From the IMG/VR virus record IMGVR_UViG_3300042305_001773, positions 141,045 through 205,044 of that record: a DNA stretch of 64,000 nt, one strand, 5' to 3'. The notes under the pieces were generated by a model. It did not search any database. It was not told where the DNA came from and worked only from the letters and a program-made list of their open reading frames with translations. The position numbers and the translations under genes were made by a program. Positions 39,831 through 49,300 of the stretch are shown here, piece after piece (the first letter of the stretch is position 1; each line of letters opens with the position of its first letter).

Positions 39831-41552
39831 TCAGTTAGCCCAGCCGGCAGAGACAACAGACACCGACACGTCTTGCGGTCCGGTTAAAAACACAGTTGTG
39901 CGGCCGGTAACGAGGCGGGCGATGTCCGTAGGTAGTTTCAAAATTGTGTTGTCACGCACATACATGATGCTGCCGTCGGGGCGGCGAATACGGCCAAACA
40001 TATCAATACTGCCGAGCGCCTGCTGACTCGATAGGTGTTTGTGCGCGGCGTTACTGATGACCGACGCGTGCAGCTGCCCGGAGAACCCAACACTGGCGAC
40101 CGCGGCGCTGACGCTCTTTTGAATAGCTTCAATATCAGGCGTAGCGACGGCGGGGCTTTTGCGGATCTCAAACGAAATCTTTGTGAAACACGGCACAGCA
40201 GCTTTTACAAGCACGTCGGCAGCACGGGGGCGAGTATCGCGTCCGGCAAAATAGTCTTGTAACTCGCCGATCAGCGGCATGCCCGTCGTGGTGATGGCGT
40301 ACCACTTTTTCGTCTGGTTTGGAATCAGCGCTGTCGCCGGTTGGATGTCGGTGTTCACAAAACGGATGATGGCAGTCTGATATCGTGTATACGCGCTTTC
40401 GTGGAGATACAGCACGTCGGGCACGAAATCGAGTTCTAAGAAATCAGCCGTTCTTGTGTCTTGCAGCACGGAGTAATTTGCTTGCGGCACTCCAGCCAGC
40501 GCCGGATCCACGATGCGCGTGACTTCGTAAAACCCGGGGGCAGTGTTTCGACCAATTGAGACCTGCCAGACAGTGCCGGTTGGTGTGCCGCCAACCAGAG
40601 CCTGTTCGTCGCAATTCCCGGCTGGAGTCGTCGGCGGCGTGTATGGTCCGACGTAAGTTGCCTCTAGCAAGTGCTCAATTTCTTGCGCGGACGCGTTGGT
40701 CTGCGCGTAGATGTCAACTTTTCCGCCACCCGAGATCGGGAACAAGGAGTGCTGGTCGCGCTGCTGCTCCGCGTCGCCGCAACCTAATACAGACAGGTGC
40801 TTGGTGTTTTTGAAGACCGGCTGCGCCATCACGGCCGCGACGTAGCTGGCGCGGCTGCCGATGGTCTTTGCCGCTAACCCTGTTGACAACCGCGCTAAAT
40901 ATTCTTCGTTGGTGGCTGGATCGCGACCGTCAATAAAATCTGCGGCTGCAAACGCGGCCGCTACGTTATTTAAAAGGTTGTCAGGAATCAGATTGACGCC
41001 GCGTTTAATGTTGCCAGCCGCACCAATTGAAAGTGCAACCACGTTGACCGTGGCGGCAAAAGTCCCGTCACCGACCGGGATCATTTTGCGTTGATTTGCG
41101 TCAGTCAGCGCTTCTGTCGTTGTTGTCGGTAATATGAGAAACGCCCCAGTTGGCACAAAAATGGTTTCAGCGTCTTCGGCCGTAAACCGCACGGTGGCGG
41201 GAATCTCGGTGCGTACATCCGCGTTGAAAATGATCGTAATCGACCCGACGGCCGGAGTGCCGTTGTCGCGCTGCACGTTGAAGTTAGACAGCACCTGATC
41301 AACGATGTCCGTGTCAGCGAGCGTCGGGTCTTGCGTAATCTTTAATAGGCTGTTGCTTTGCTGAACGCGCGCAATGTTTTCTTGAATCGCCGCGTTTAAC
41401 AGGCCGTCAAAATACAACACAAGATCGTGAAATACGCCGCGCGTTAGCTCGACCTCTGGGTGGCGTTCCACCATAAGCTGCGACAACGTCGCAACCATTT
41501 CTTGCACTTTAGTTGGGCTAAGCTGCGTTAAACTGGTTATTTCAATCGGCAT
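39831..41552 (-). CDS. baseplate J-like protein (gp6/gpJ)
   Basis: V.V.A...G..GNI ... F.DG.D..TNEE...R pattern. Confidence 0.8.
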   Translation of the reverse strand: MPIEITSLTQLSPTKVQEMVATLSQLMVERHPEVELTRGVFHDLVLYFDGLLNAAIQENIARVQQSNSLLKITQDPTLADTDIVDQVLSNFNVQRDNGTPAVGSITIIFNADVRTEIPATVRFTAEDAETIFVPTGAFLILPTTTTEALTDANQRKMIPVGDGTFAATVNVVALSIGAAGNIKRGVNLIPDNLLNNVAAAFAAADFIDGRDPATNEEYLARLSTGLAAKTIGSRASYVAAVMAQPVFKNTKHLSVLGCGDAEQQRDQHSLFPISGGGKVDIYAQTNASAQEIEHLLEATYVGPYTPPTTPAGNCDEQALVGGTPTGTVWQVSIGRNTAPGFYEVTRIVDPALAGVPQANYSVLQDTRTADFLELDFVPDVLYLHESAYTRYQTAIIRFVNTDIQPATALIPNQTKKWYAITTTGMPLIGELQDYFAGRDTRPRAADVLVKAAVPCFTKISFEIRKSPAVATPDIEAIQKSVSAAVASVGFSGQLHASVISNAAHKHLSSQQALGSIDMFGRIRRPDGSIMYVRDNTILKLPTDIARLVTGRTTVFLTGPQDVSVSVVSAGWAN

Positions 41553-41553
41553 A

Positions 41554-42027
41554 TTACACCTGTGGTAGCGTGGCTACCGGTAAAATCACAACCCGCTCGT
41601 CGCCGGCAATGCTTGTAATCATAACACGCATGTTTAGATATCCCGGCAGGATTGCAACAGATAACAATTCAGCGTCGTCAAATCGCTCGTCGTCAGGCAT
41701 TCCTTCGTATTCTTCGTTTTGTAGCGTAACGCGTAACCGTAGATTGGCGGCATAAAAGTTCTGAGTAACGTCAAGCTGGCTGCGCATCTGCCCCTGTCGG
41801 ACCAGCGTCATAAAATCGGTGCCGCGATCTGGGAGGCCGGGCATTGAACCGATCTCGGTCAGAAACTCTAGCGCCCAGCGCTGCGCCAACTTTTGGATAC
41901 CGACGCAAATAAGCCCGCTGTTGTCTTCGTCATATAGGACTAGACCAAGTTTGTTGTCGCGCGCAGTGTTGACATTCTGCAACGCGAGATAGTCGTATTT
42001 GCGGTTTGCAAAGTCAGCTAGGCTCAT
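41554..42027 (-). CDS. gp25/gpW-like baseplate wedge protein
   Basis: GIQKLAQRW..E.LTE.GS.P..P.RGT.F pattern; precedes the J-like gene. Confidence 0.75.
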   Translation of the reverse strand: MSLADFANRKYDYLALQNVNTARDNKLGLVLYDEDNSGLICVGIQKLAQRWALEFLTEIGSMPGLPDRGTDFMTLVRQGQMRSQLDVTQNFYAANLRLRVTLQNEEYEGMPDDERFDDAELLSVAILPGYLNMRVMITSIAGDERVVILPVATLPQV

Positions 42028-42029
42028 TG

Positions 42030-42512
42030 TTAACCTCCGGCCGCGCCGGCATCAATGTGAGTTTGTACGTTGTCTTTGAAGAACGAAAACACGCTGACTT
42101 TCGCTTTACCGTGCCCGTTTAGGCGCCCGTGCATGAACGACATGCACCGCGCGTAACTTGCATGCCGCGTCCGCCACGCCCGCTCTTCTACGGCCATAAA
42201 GTCCGCCTGCCATTTCATTGCTATTAAGTCACCGGTCGTTCCGCCTTGCTTCTCCGGCCCCGCGAGCACTGAGTCCGAGTAGATTTGATTAATGTTGTTG
42301 CGGTCCCAGCTCGGAAAACTCATGCCGGGAACGTCGAGCAGTTCTTTTGTTTTGATCTCTTCTGGTGTGTGCCACGGGCGCCACTCAGTCATGTAGTTTT
42401 TGAAGACTTCGGCCATTTTCTTGGCGCGCTCTTCCAGCTGGTCGATACGGGCTTGAAACTTTCCGTCGACCTGCCCTTTTTTTGCGCCGAGGCCGGGTTT
42501 TTCTTCTGCCAT
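42030..42512 (-). CDS. hypothetical protein
   Basis: GGAG SD; 160 aa. Confidence 0.65.
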   Translation of the reverse strand: MAEEKPGLGAKKGQVDGKFQARIDQLEERAKKMAEVFKNYMTEWRPWHTPEEIKTKELLDVPGMSFPSWDRNNINQIYSDSVLAGPEKQGGTTGDLIAMKWQADFMAVEERAWRTRHASYARCMSFMHGRLNGHGKAKVSVFSFFKDNVQTHIDAGAAGG

Positions 42513-42521
42513 GACAGCTCC

Positions 42522-43343
42522 TTAAAAATTGCCTTGCGTATATTGTTTGTCGAGCATTGCCTGAATCTTGGCGGCGCGCTGACTTACAGCGCCGGGCGTG
42601 ATGTTTAATCGTCGCGCAATTTCTTGTGTGCTGGTTTTTCTTCGTCCGTTGCGGCCAAGTGTCATATCCGCAATTAACTTGTCGACCGGACCAAGATCTT
42701 CATAGACAAAGTTAAACCACGCGTCGGCGGATCGATTGCTGTTTGGAATCGTGCTCGCGACATCACCGCCGTAGCTTTCTTCGTCGGTGACTTCGCGCGT
42801 TGTCATGCCCTCTGATACCGGCTGGTTAAACGCGCGGATTTTCTGAATACGGCGTTTTGACAGCCCGGTGTGATCCGCCAGCTCGTCGTCCGTAGGGTCA
42901 CGACCTAGCTGGTCGTACAGCTCGGATTCGCTCTCCGTTAGCCGTCCGTAATCGAGGCCGACCTGCTCAGGAATCGAGATGATGTTTTGCGCCTGCGCAG
43001 ACACGCGGCGCAAACTCTGCAACTGCGACAGCAAGTGTGTGCGCACGTTACCGCGCTGCGGGTCGTATGTATCCAACGCTTTGAGCGCCATAAGCCGCGC
43101 CTTGGAGCGGGTTGTCGGGCTGGCGTTTTGGCCGGCGTAACTCATCACGGCCGTGTCGATAACCGGCTGAAGCGTCCCCAGCAGCGCCGTATTCGTTTCC
43201 GGCGTTTTAGTGCGCTGCCATTGCGCATAAGCGTTGTCAAAGTCGGTGCTGACGCCAGTCGGCATTCGGGCCGAGAACGGCGCGGGCACGTCGCCTAAAA
43301 TAGACGGCATGCCGGCTGGCGTACTGGTTTTGTTATCAGCCAT
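42522..43343 (-). CDS. RNA polymerase sigma-70 family factor (regions 2, 3, 4)
   Basis: AL.TYDPQRG (region 2), LGRDPTDDELA.HTGLS (region 3), T.EIARRLNITPGAVSQR (region 4 HTH); start moved to the ATG at 43343. Confidence 0.85.
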   Translation of the reverse strand: MADNKTSTPAGMPSILGDVPAPFSARMPTGVSTDFDNAYAQWQRTKTPETNTALLGTLQPVIDTAVMSYAGQNASPTTRSKARLMALKALDTYDPQRGNVRTHLLSQLQSLRRVSAQAQNIISIPEQVGLDYGRLTESESELYDQLGRDPTDDELADHTGLSKRRIQKIRAFNQPVSEGMTTREVTDEESYGGDVASTIPNSNRSADAWFNFVYEDLGPVDKLIADMTLGRNGRRKTSTQEIARRLNITPGAVSQRAAKIQAMLDKQYTQGNF

Positions 43344-43345
43344 GA

Positions 43346-44953
43346 TTATGCCTTCTTGAGTGGGCCGCCGGGCCATTTAATGCTATCTTTGTACAGCGGC
43401 GCGTACGTCTGTGAAATAAGTGTCGTGTCTTCGTCTTCTTCTTCGGTGCGGATGTATGACAGCGCAAACGACGTACCAGCCAACGCACGTTCGGCGTTGA
43501 TGGCGTACGACACCTGCGTGACGGCTGCGATCATTGCGCCGTCTGATTGAATTTCTGAGTCTGGTAGCTCAATTCTAACAATACTACCCGGGGCAATATC
43601 GAACCGCAGTTTGCCCGATAGTTCTCCGTAGCGCTGGCTCAAAAACTCGGTTTTGTAAAAGTGCTCTGCAAAACGTTTACTCACGCCGTCCGCCATTCCG
43701 GTCGCGACGTCCGCCGGCAATAACCACTCTGGCGGCGGGTCACCCTCGCCGGTCGCGGGCGCAATGCAGTCGCCGGGACGCTTTCCTTTTACGCCGGTTG
43801 TTGCGCCCGTAAAAATGGGCCATGGCGACATATTTGTCAGCCACGCGGGCAAGTCTTTAAACAGCTTCAACCCGGGACGTTCTTCTCCGGGTTTAAACGG
43901 GTACTGCCCGGCGGGCTGGGTGTATACGTCTGCCATACGAACTTGCCCGCCGGCCGACAACATCGGGTCCATTTGTTGCGGCCAAAACACGACCACGCTG
44001 TCAATGAGCTGGCTCATAGACGCGTTAAAGTTGGCGTAGCTGTATTCATCGCCTTTGATGACGTACTTTTTATTACCGTCATGTTTGAGGCCGCCAAAAA
44101 ACGGAACCACGTATGCGTGCTCGATTGCTGGCGACACGGCAAAGAAAAACTGCGACGCGTACTCGCCAACAAGCTTTCCCCAGAACGACGTGTACGCAAA
44201 CGACTCTAACGCGTCTTTTGTTAGCGCCGTTCGCACCGACATTTCAATGTTGTTGCCGTTTAAGCCGTCAAGGTTCAAAGCGAGCTTGGCGTTACCCGGC
44301 GCAACGGGCATGCGTTTCAGCGCTTTTATTGCTGCTTCGTTTGGGCGTGATTGCGGTAATTTATATTCAGCCATTTTGTTGAAGATCGGCTTGATAACCT
44401 CGCCCCACAAATCGCGCGAGATTTTGTCTTTGCGGATTAGATCGCCGTTGGCGTCAATAATCGGAACGCTGGAGTGCGCGTTACCTTCAGTCTGCAGCGC
44501 CACAAAGGCTGCGTTTGTGGCCATAAGGAACGGCGCGTTTTGAAACCACTTGCCGTTGAGGGCTGACGAGTTGTTCAAGTCGTCGAGCCAATGGATGAGT
44601 TGCAGCACGTAATTAGCGCTGTTGTGTGAGCGTTGATACCCGATGCCGGCAAGCATGCCTTCAAATATCACAAACCGGCCGTTCTCCATTTTGTCTTTCT
44701 GCCCGGCTTCAGGGATAATTCTGAGCCAGACAGTCACAGGATCGCGCGGTTTGATTTGTTTACGTAGTTTATGAATCGTCGCTTCGCGCGTTTTGCCGGA
44801 CGCCGCGTCGTAACCTACTGCGACTGTAAGCGACGCAGTTGGAATACTGTTCAACCCAAATGTGGCAGAGATAGCAACAATGTCGTCAAACACGGTGTCT
44901 TTGATCTTGGCCGTGATTTCAAACTTCGAGTAAACGTACGGCTGTTTAGCCAT
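43346..44953 (-). CDS. baseplate hub protein (gp27/gpD-like)
   Basis: Position; C-terminal GKLRFDIAPGS.V.I ... V.QVS..I pattern. Confidence 0.65.
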   Translation of the reverse strand: MAKQPYVYSKFEITAKIKDTVFDDIVAISATFGLNSIPTASLTVAVGYDAASGKTREATIHKLRKQIKPRDPVTVWLRIIPEAGQKDKMENGRFVIFEGMLAGIGYQRSHNSANYVLQLIHWLDDLNNSSALNGKWFQNAPFLMATNAAFVALQTEGNAHSSVPIIDANGDLIRKDKISRDLWGEVIKPIFNKMAEYKLPQSRPNEAAIKALKRMPVAPGNAKLALNLDGLNGNNIEMSVRTALTKDALESFAYTSFWGKLVGEYASQFFFAVSPAIEHAYVVPFFGGLKHDGNKKYVIKGDEYSYANFNASMSQLIDSVVVFWPQQMDPMLSAGGQVRMADVYTQPAGQYPFKPGEERPGLKLFKDLPAWLTNMSPWPIFTGATTGVKGKRPGDCIAPATGEGDPPPEWLLPADVATGMADGVSKRFAEHFYKTEFLSQRYGELSGKLRFDIAPGSIVRIELPDSEIQSDGAMIAAVTQVSYAINAERALAGTSFALSYIRTEEEDEDTTLISQTYAPLYKDSIKWPGGPLKKA

Positions 44954-45839
44954 TTGTATGCCTTCTTACGCTTTCCATACGGTAAATAAACGCCAGCACT
45001 AAACCGGCAAGGCGGTACGCCGGTAGCGGATGATCAAACCACAGATTTTTGAATGTCGCATATGGTTGTGCATCGTCAAGGCCAAACAGCTCAATAAATA
45101 CGGGTTCGCCAATCAGCTCCAATGTCGGAAACAACGTTGTGATAGCGGGAGCCGGATTAGCGTTTAGCGCGACGTACCACCGGCCGTTGAATGTCGTTGG
45201 ATCTGTTATCAGCCGCTCTAGTCGCAATTTGATATCTGTTTCTGGCAGCGTCACAACAGGTAGCTCTCCGGCTGAACGCGCGCTTGTTCGCGGGGCCGGG
45301 TCGTACACGGTTTGCGTAGTTAAAAATACTTCAGCGTCTGGATCAAGTTCTTTGATTAGCACGCCGCGATTGTCTTCAAGTGTTAAAAAAGCATCTTCTT
45401 CGGCAGCCAGCGGATCGGGCGGCGCGGGGTACAAACCCAACGTGTACTGGCGATTTGCGCGGCCGGTGCTGTTGCTGGCAATAAACTCGCCGCCAATTGC
45501 GACATTCCTTGGCGCGCCGGCCATTTGGGTAACGCGCAACGACGGTTGATATTTAAACTCGTTTTCTGCCGGTTCTGGCCAGTACGTTACACGTTCATCG
45601 AGTTTGTACAGATACTCGACCGCTGGTGTTTGATGGATGTAGCTAAGCAGCTCTCGCGCACGAAGATTCAAAAACCGCTGATCGGGACTGCTGCCAAACA
45701 ATACGCGCCGCACCGTGGTCAATACGGTCGGCAACACTAACGGCCGAAACTCTGGCGGGATGTATTCATATCCTGCCTGTTGTTTCTGCGCGCTTTGCGC
45801 CCAAATGTTTAACAGCAATGTGCGGCCGTGATTAATCAT
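44946..45839 (-). CDS. tail/baseplate structural protein
   Basis: Coupled within the tail operon. Confidence 0.55.
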   Translation of the reverse strand: MINHGRTLLLNIWAQSAQKQQAGYEYIPPEFRPLVLPTVLTTVRRVLFGSSPDQRFLNLRARELLSYIHQTPAVEYLYKLDERVTYWPEPAENEFKYQPSLRVTQMAGAPRNVAIGGEFIASNSTGRANRQYTLGLYPAPPDPLAAEEDAFLTLEDNRGVLIKELDPDAEVFLTTQTVYDPAPRTSARSAGELPVVTLPETDIKLRLERLITDPTTFNGRWYVALNANPAPAITTLFPTLELIGEPVFIELFGLDDAQPYATFKNLWFDHPLPAYRLAGLVLAFIYRMESVRRHTNG

Positions 45840-45840
45840 G

Positions 45841-46305
45841 TTATTTTTTAGGCACGATGTTAAAACGAAGTGACCACTGGCCGACCAGCGTCTGCGGATC
45901 TTGCAGTTCTAATCGCATGCCGGTTAGAAAGGCCCAAAACGTGGAGTTTGAGCAGTCGCCGATTGTGACAGACATCTTGCCGTTTTCTTTAATGCGATTT
46001 TTTTGATAGAAGTCGTAGACGTTACAGATTTTTGCGCTGTCTGCGCCGGGGCAGGGTTTTACAAAACCAAAACCAGACACAGTTAATTCACCCACGCGAT
46101 CGCCGAACGCGTACACGTAAATAAAATCATTTACGGTGTGAAGGAACTGATAGTTTCCGTTTAGTTCTAACGCAAAACCGCTAGTCGGCGCTGTCAGCTG
46201 ACCGCCTTTAACGCCACCAAACTTGATTTTGAAAATATCGCCAGTGCAGTTCTTGGGCTTGATAATCGCCACAGCGCCGGCGCACGGGGTAAAAGCTACT
46301 GGCAT
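45841..46305 (-). CDS. tail tube initiator-like protein
   Basis: Tube-like beta pattern (IYVYAFGDRVG.L.VSG); follows the tape measure. Confidence 0.55.
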   Translation of the reverse strand: MPVAFTPCAGAVAIIKPKNCTGDIFKIKFGGVKGGQLTAPTSGFALELNGNYQFLHTVNDFIYVYAFGDRVGELTVSGFGFVKPCPGADSAKICNVYDFYQKNRIKENGKMSVTIGDCSNSTFWAFLTGMRLELQDPQTLVGQWSLRFNIVPKK

Positions 46306-46308
46306 GGG

Positions 46309-49300
46309 TTACTTTCCGTAGTTTGCGCCGGTGCCGCCAGCCATATCGACTGCCGGTCCGTTGTCTGGGGTATCTTCCATGCGGTGACCGGTTGCCGCCA
46401 GCACCGCCTCCGACAGCCCGTGCAGCGTCAACGTGCCGTTCACGTTCATATCGCCACCACCCCCGCCGCCCATACCTCCGGCTGATCGCGCGGCATCGTA
46501 TTGCGAGATCGTGTCGCTGAGGTAGTTGTAGCGGGCTTGATCTTTTTCATCGTCAAAGTATTCGCCACTCCACCAGCTCGTTTTCTTTTTCTTTTCTAGC
46601 TCGCCGAGACGTTGCCGTGCCGATTGAATAGGATCGGCTGACTGCGCGTCTAGCAGCGCCTGTTCGGCGACCAGCCGCATATGGGGTTTTTCAATTACTT
46701 GCTGTACCGACCCATCCGCCCCAGTAACGTTGACTTTTTTAGCGCCGCCGCGCCGTTTAAACTCCGCTTTTTCTTCAGCTGTGCCGAATCGTTCCACGTC
46801 CGCGGCGGCTTGCTCTTCGGTGTACTCTGGGTTGTACGGAATAAATACGCGCTCAGAAACATCTTGATGGCCGCCAAAAAGATGCCAATCAGCCTCGCCA
46901 CGAATTTCGCGCATCGACATCGTCGTTCCGGCCATTTGACCCATTCTGTTAAACGGGTCGTGCACCGTGAACTCTTGAATATCGCCGGCGCCGCCGCTAG
47001 TTTTACCGCCGTGCGTCATCGATTGTTGCCGGGCAACAAGATCGTCGTGGCGTTCTCGATCTTCTTTGCTGTACCACCAATTACCCTCGTTTCGTTTTGC
47101 GATGTCAGCAATCTCTTTTTGAATCGCGCCTAACGCTTCTTGCCGGGTCTGTGTACGAGTAACGCCAGTCGGCCCCGCGGGCGACGACGAGCGGCTTGGC
47201 TGATTTGATGCGCCAGCGTGCCCGGCGCGATTTAACTGCTGCACCTGCCCGGGCGTTAAATTCTGGGACGACACACCAGCGCCCGTTTTACTTTCCGAAA
47301 TAGCGCCGTGAATACGCTCCATGTTTGCGAGGTCGTCGTCGCTCAGGTTGTAAAACATTTTTGCGGCATCAGGCGCCTGCAGCGCGCGGCTGAAATTTGT
47401 CATCGCGTCTTGTTGCGCCGCTGGATCCAGCTTGTTGAACAATTTAACGGCGTCAGCAGACGGCAACGTCAAAAGCTGTTGTCGTTTTTTCTGATCTGTA
47501 AGCGCGTTTTTTAGCGCCGCGCCGGTCGGATCTTTACTGACCTCGTCGAGCACGGTTTGCTGGTCTGTAGTGACTTTTTCGGTGGCGGAGGCAACACCTT
47601 GTCCGTGCGCGCGTTTAGCTTCTTCAGCTACGCGTAGTGCGCTAGTCGTGCGACGTACAATAGCTTCTTTGTCTTTACCCATGACCGCGGTTAACTGCTT
47701 GCGCGCTTCGGCTCGTGCGGCTTCGGGGTCCATTCCCTCCATAATGAACTGATCAGTGAGGTGCTGCGTCATGCGCCCCGTCATTGCTAGTGCGCGCTCT
47801 TCATCCGACTTTCCGACCGTATCACCCATCTGGTTTACAGCAACGTCCGACATGGCGATGCTAATTTGCCGCAGCCTTTTTTTGCTGTGCGTGTCAAACT
47901 GCGAGTCAGACATACCCTTCGGCCGCAGTTTTTCGTACTCGGCTTTGTCGTAGTTCTTTTCAAGCGAGTCGTAAATGCTTTTGCCGACGTCGGCGGAAAT
48001 ACGATTTGAAGTGGCAGTTCCACGTTTTTGCGCTTTGGCAACATCAACCGGGGTTTGCTCCAGCCCGGCGCCGGCCAGTCCGCCAATGTCGCGCGCAACG
48101 CGGAGTGCCTGCGCAACACCGCGGGCCTGCTCTTTTTTCTCGTCCGATAATCCACCCCACCCGTCCCACGCAGCCGACATCTGTTTTTCAAAGTCGGTGC
48201 TGTCGGCGGCCAGCGCAGCAGAGGCAAACTTTTCAATTTGAGCGGTCGTGGCTCCGGCGCCCAGCGTTTGCTGCGCCATAGCTTTAGCGGCGGCCTGCAC
48301 GTCTTCAGCTTTGCCGGTGTTGAAACCGCGCATAATCAGATCTGCGCGGTTCCGTTGCTGCTCGTTTTTAGCTCGTTCCGCGTCTGTGCTGCCTGCGGCC
48401 GTATCCGCAGACTTCATCTTGGCAGCGCCGCGTAGTGCGCCCAGCTCGTCAGCCGTGAGCTTCTTGCCGGGATCGACGCCGGCCATGATTTTGAGTTGCT
48501 TGGCTTCGGCGCTGTCTGGATTCTTTTGCGCGGCATCGGCCAGCGTATCGATTTGCTTTTCGGTTACACTGGCCTGCGTATACATACGCGCCGCGGCCAC
48601 AAGTCCTTCTTGCATATCTGGCGCGTAACCCTGCAGCAGCGAATCTTCAGACGCAATGTTAAAAATGCGCTTTAAAGACTCCGTGCGTGTACCGGCATTA
48701 TCGCCGGCCAGCCGTTCAAGCTCGTCGCCCACGCGCTGCATCACGCCCGACTCTGTGCCGCGAGACGCCAGCTTAAACCGATCAGCGCGCCGCTTGTTCA
48801 TCTCTTCTTTAACCGTAGCTTCGTCGGTGGCGCCCTGATGGTGCATTTGTTTATGCGCTTCAATAGACACACCGGTACGCTGCTGTGAAATGGCGCTCGT
48901 TTCGGAGTACGTCGCTAAAAGCGTGTCGCGGCGGTCTGCTTCGTTTGCTCCATAAAACGCGCTGAAGTACTGATCAGCCATACGCTCGGCCGCGGCGCCT
49001 TTGAGCCCGCCGCCAGCGCTGCTCTTAAAGTAACGCACCAGTTCTTCTTTGCCGCGTTTTTCAAGTGTTTTTACGCGCTCTTCCGGCGTCATGTCGGCTG
49101 TTTCGTCCATCATGATGCCGGTCATTTTGGTAGCAAAACTCGTCGCAAGCGTGCTGTTGCGTGAGTGAAAATCTTCTTCTGACATCCCGCGCGGTTTTAA
49201 TTTTTTGAACTCGTCACTGCCCATGCGGTCGACAATTGCGCCAGCGTGCGCGCGCGACAAGTCACGCTGCAGCTCGAAACGCTGGGTTTTATACGCGTAC

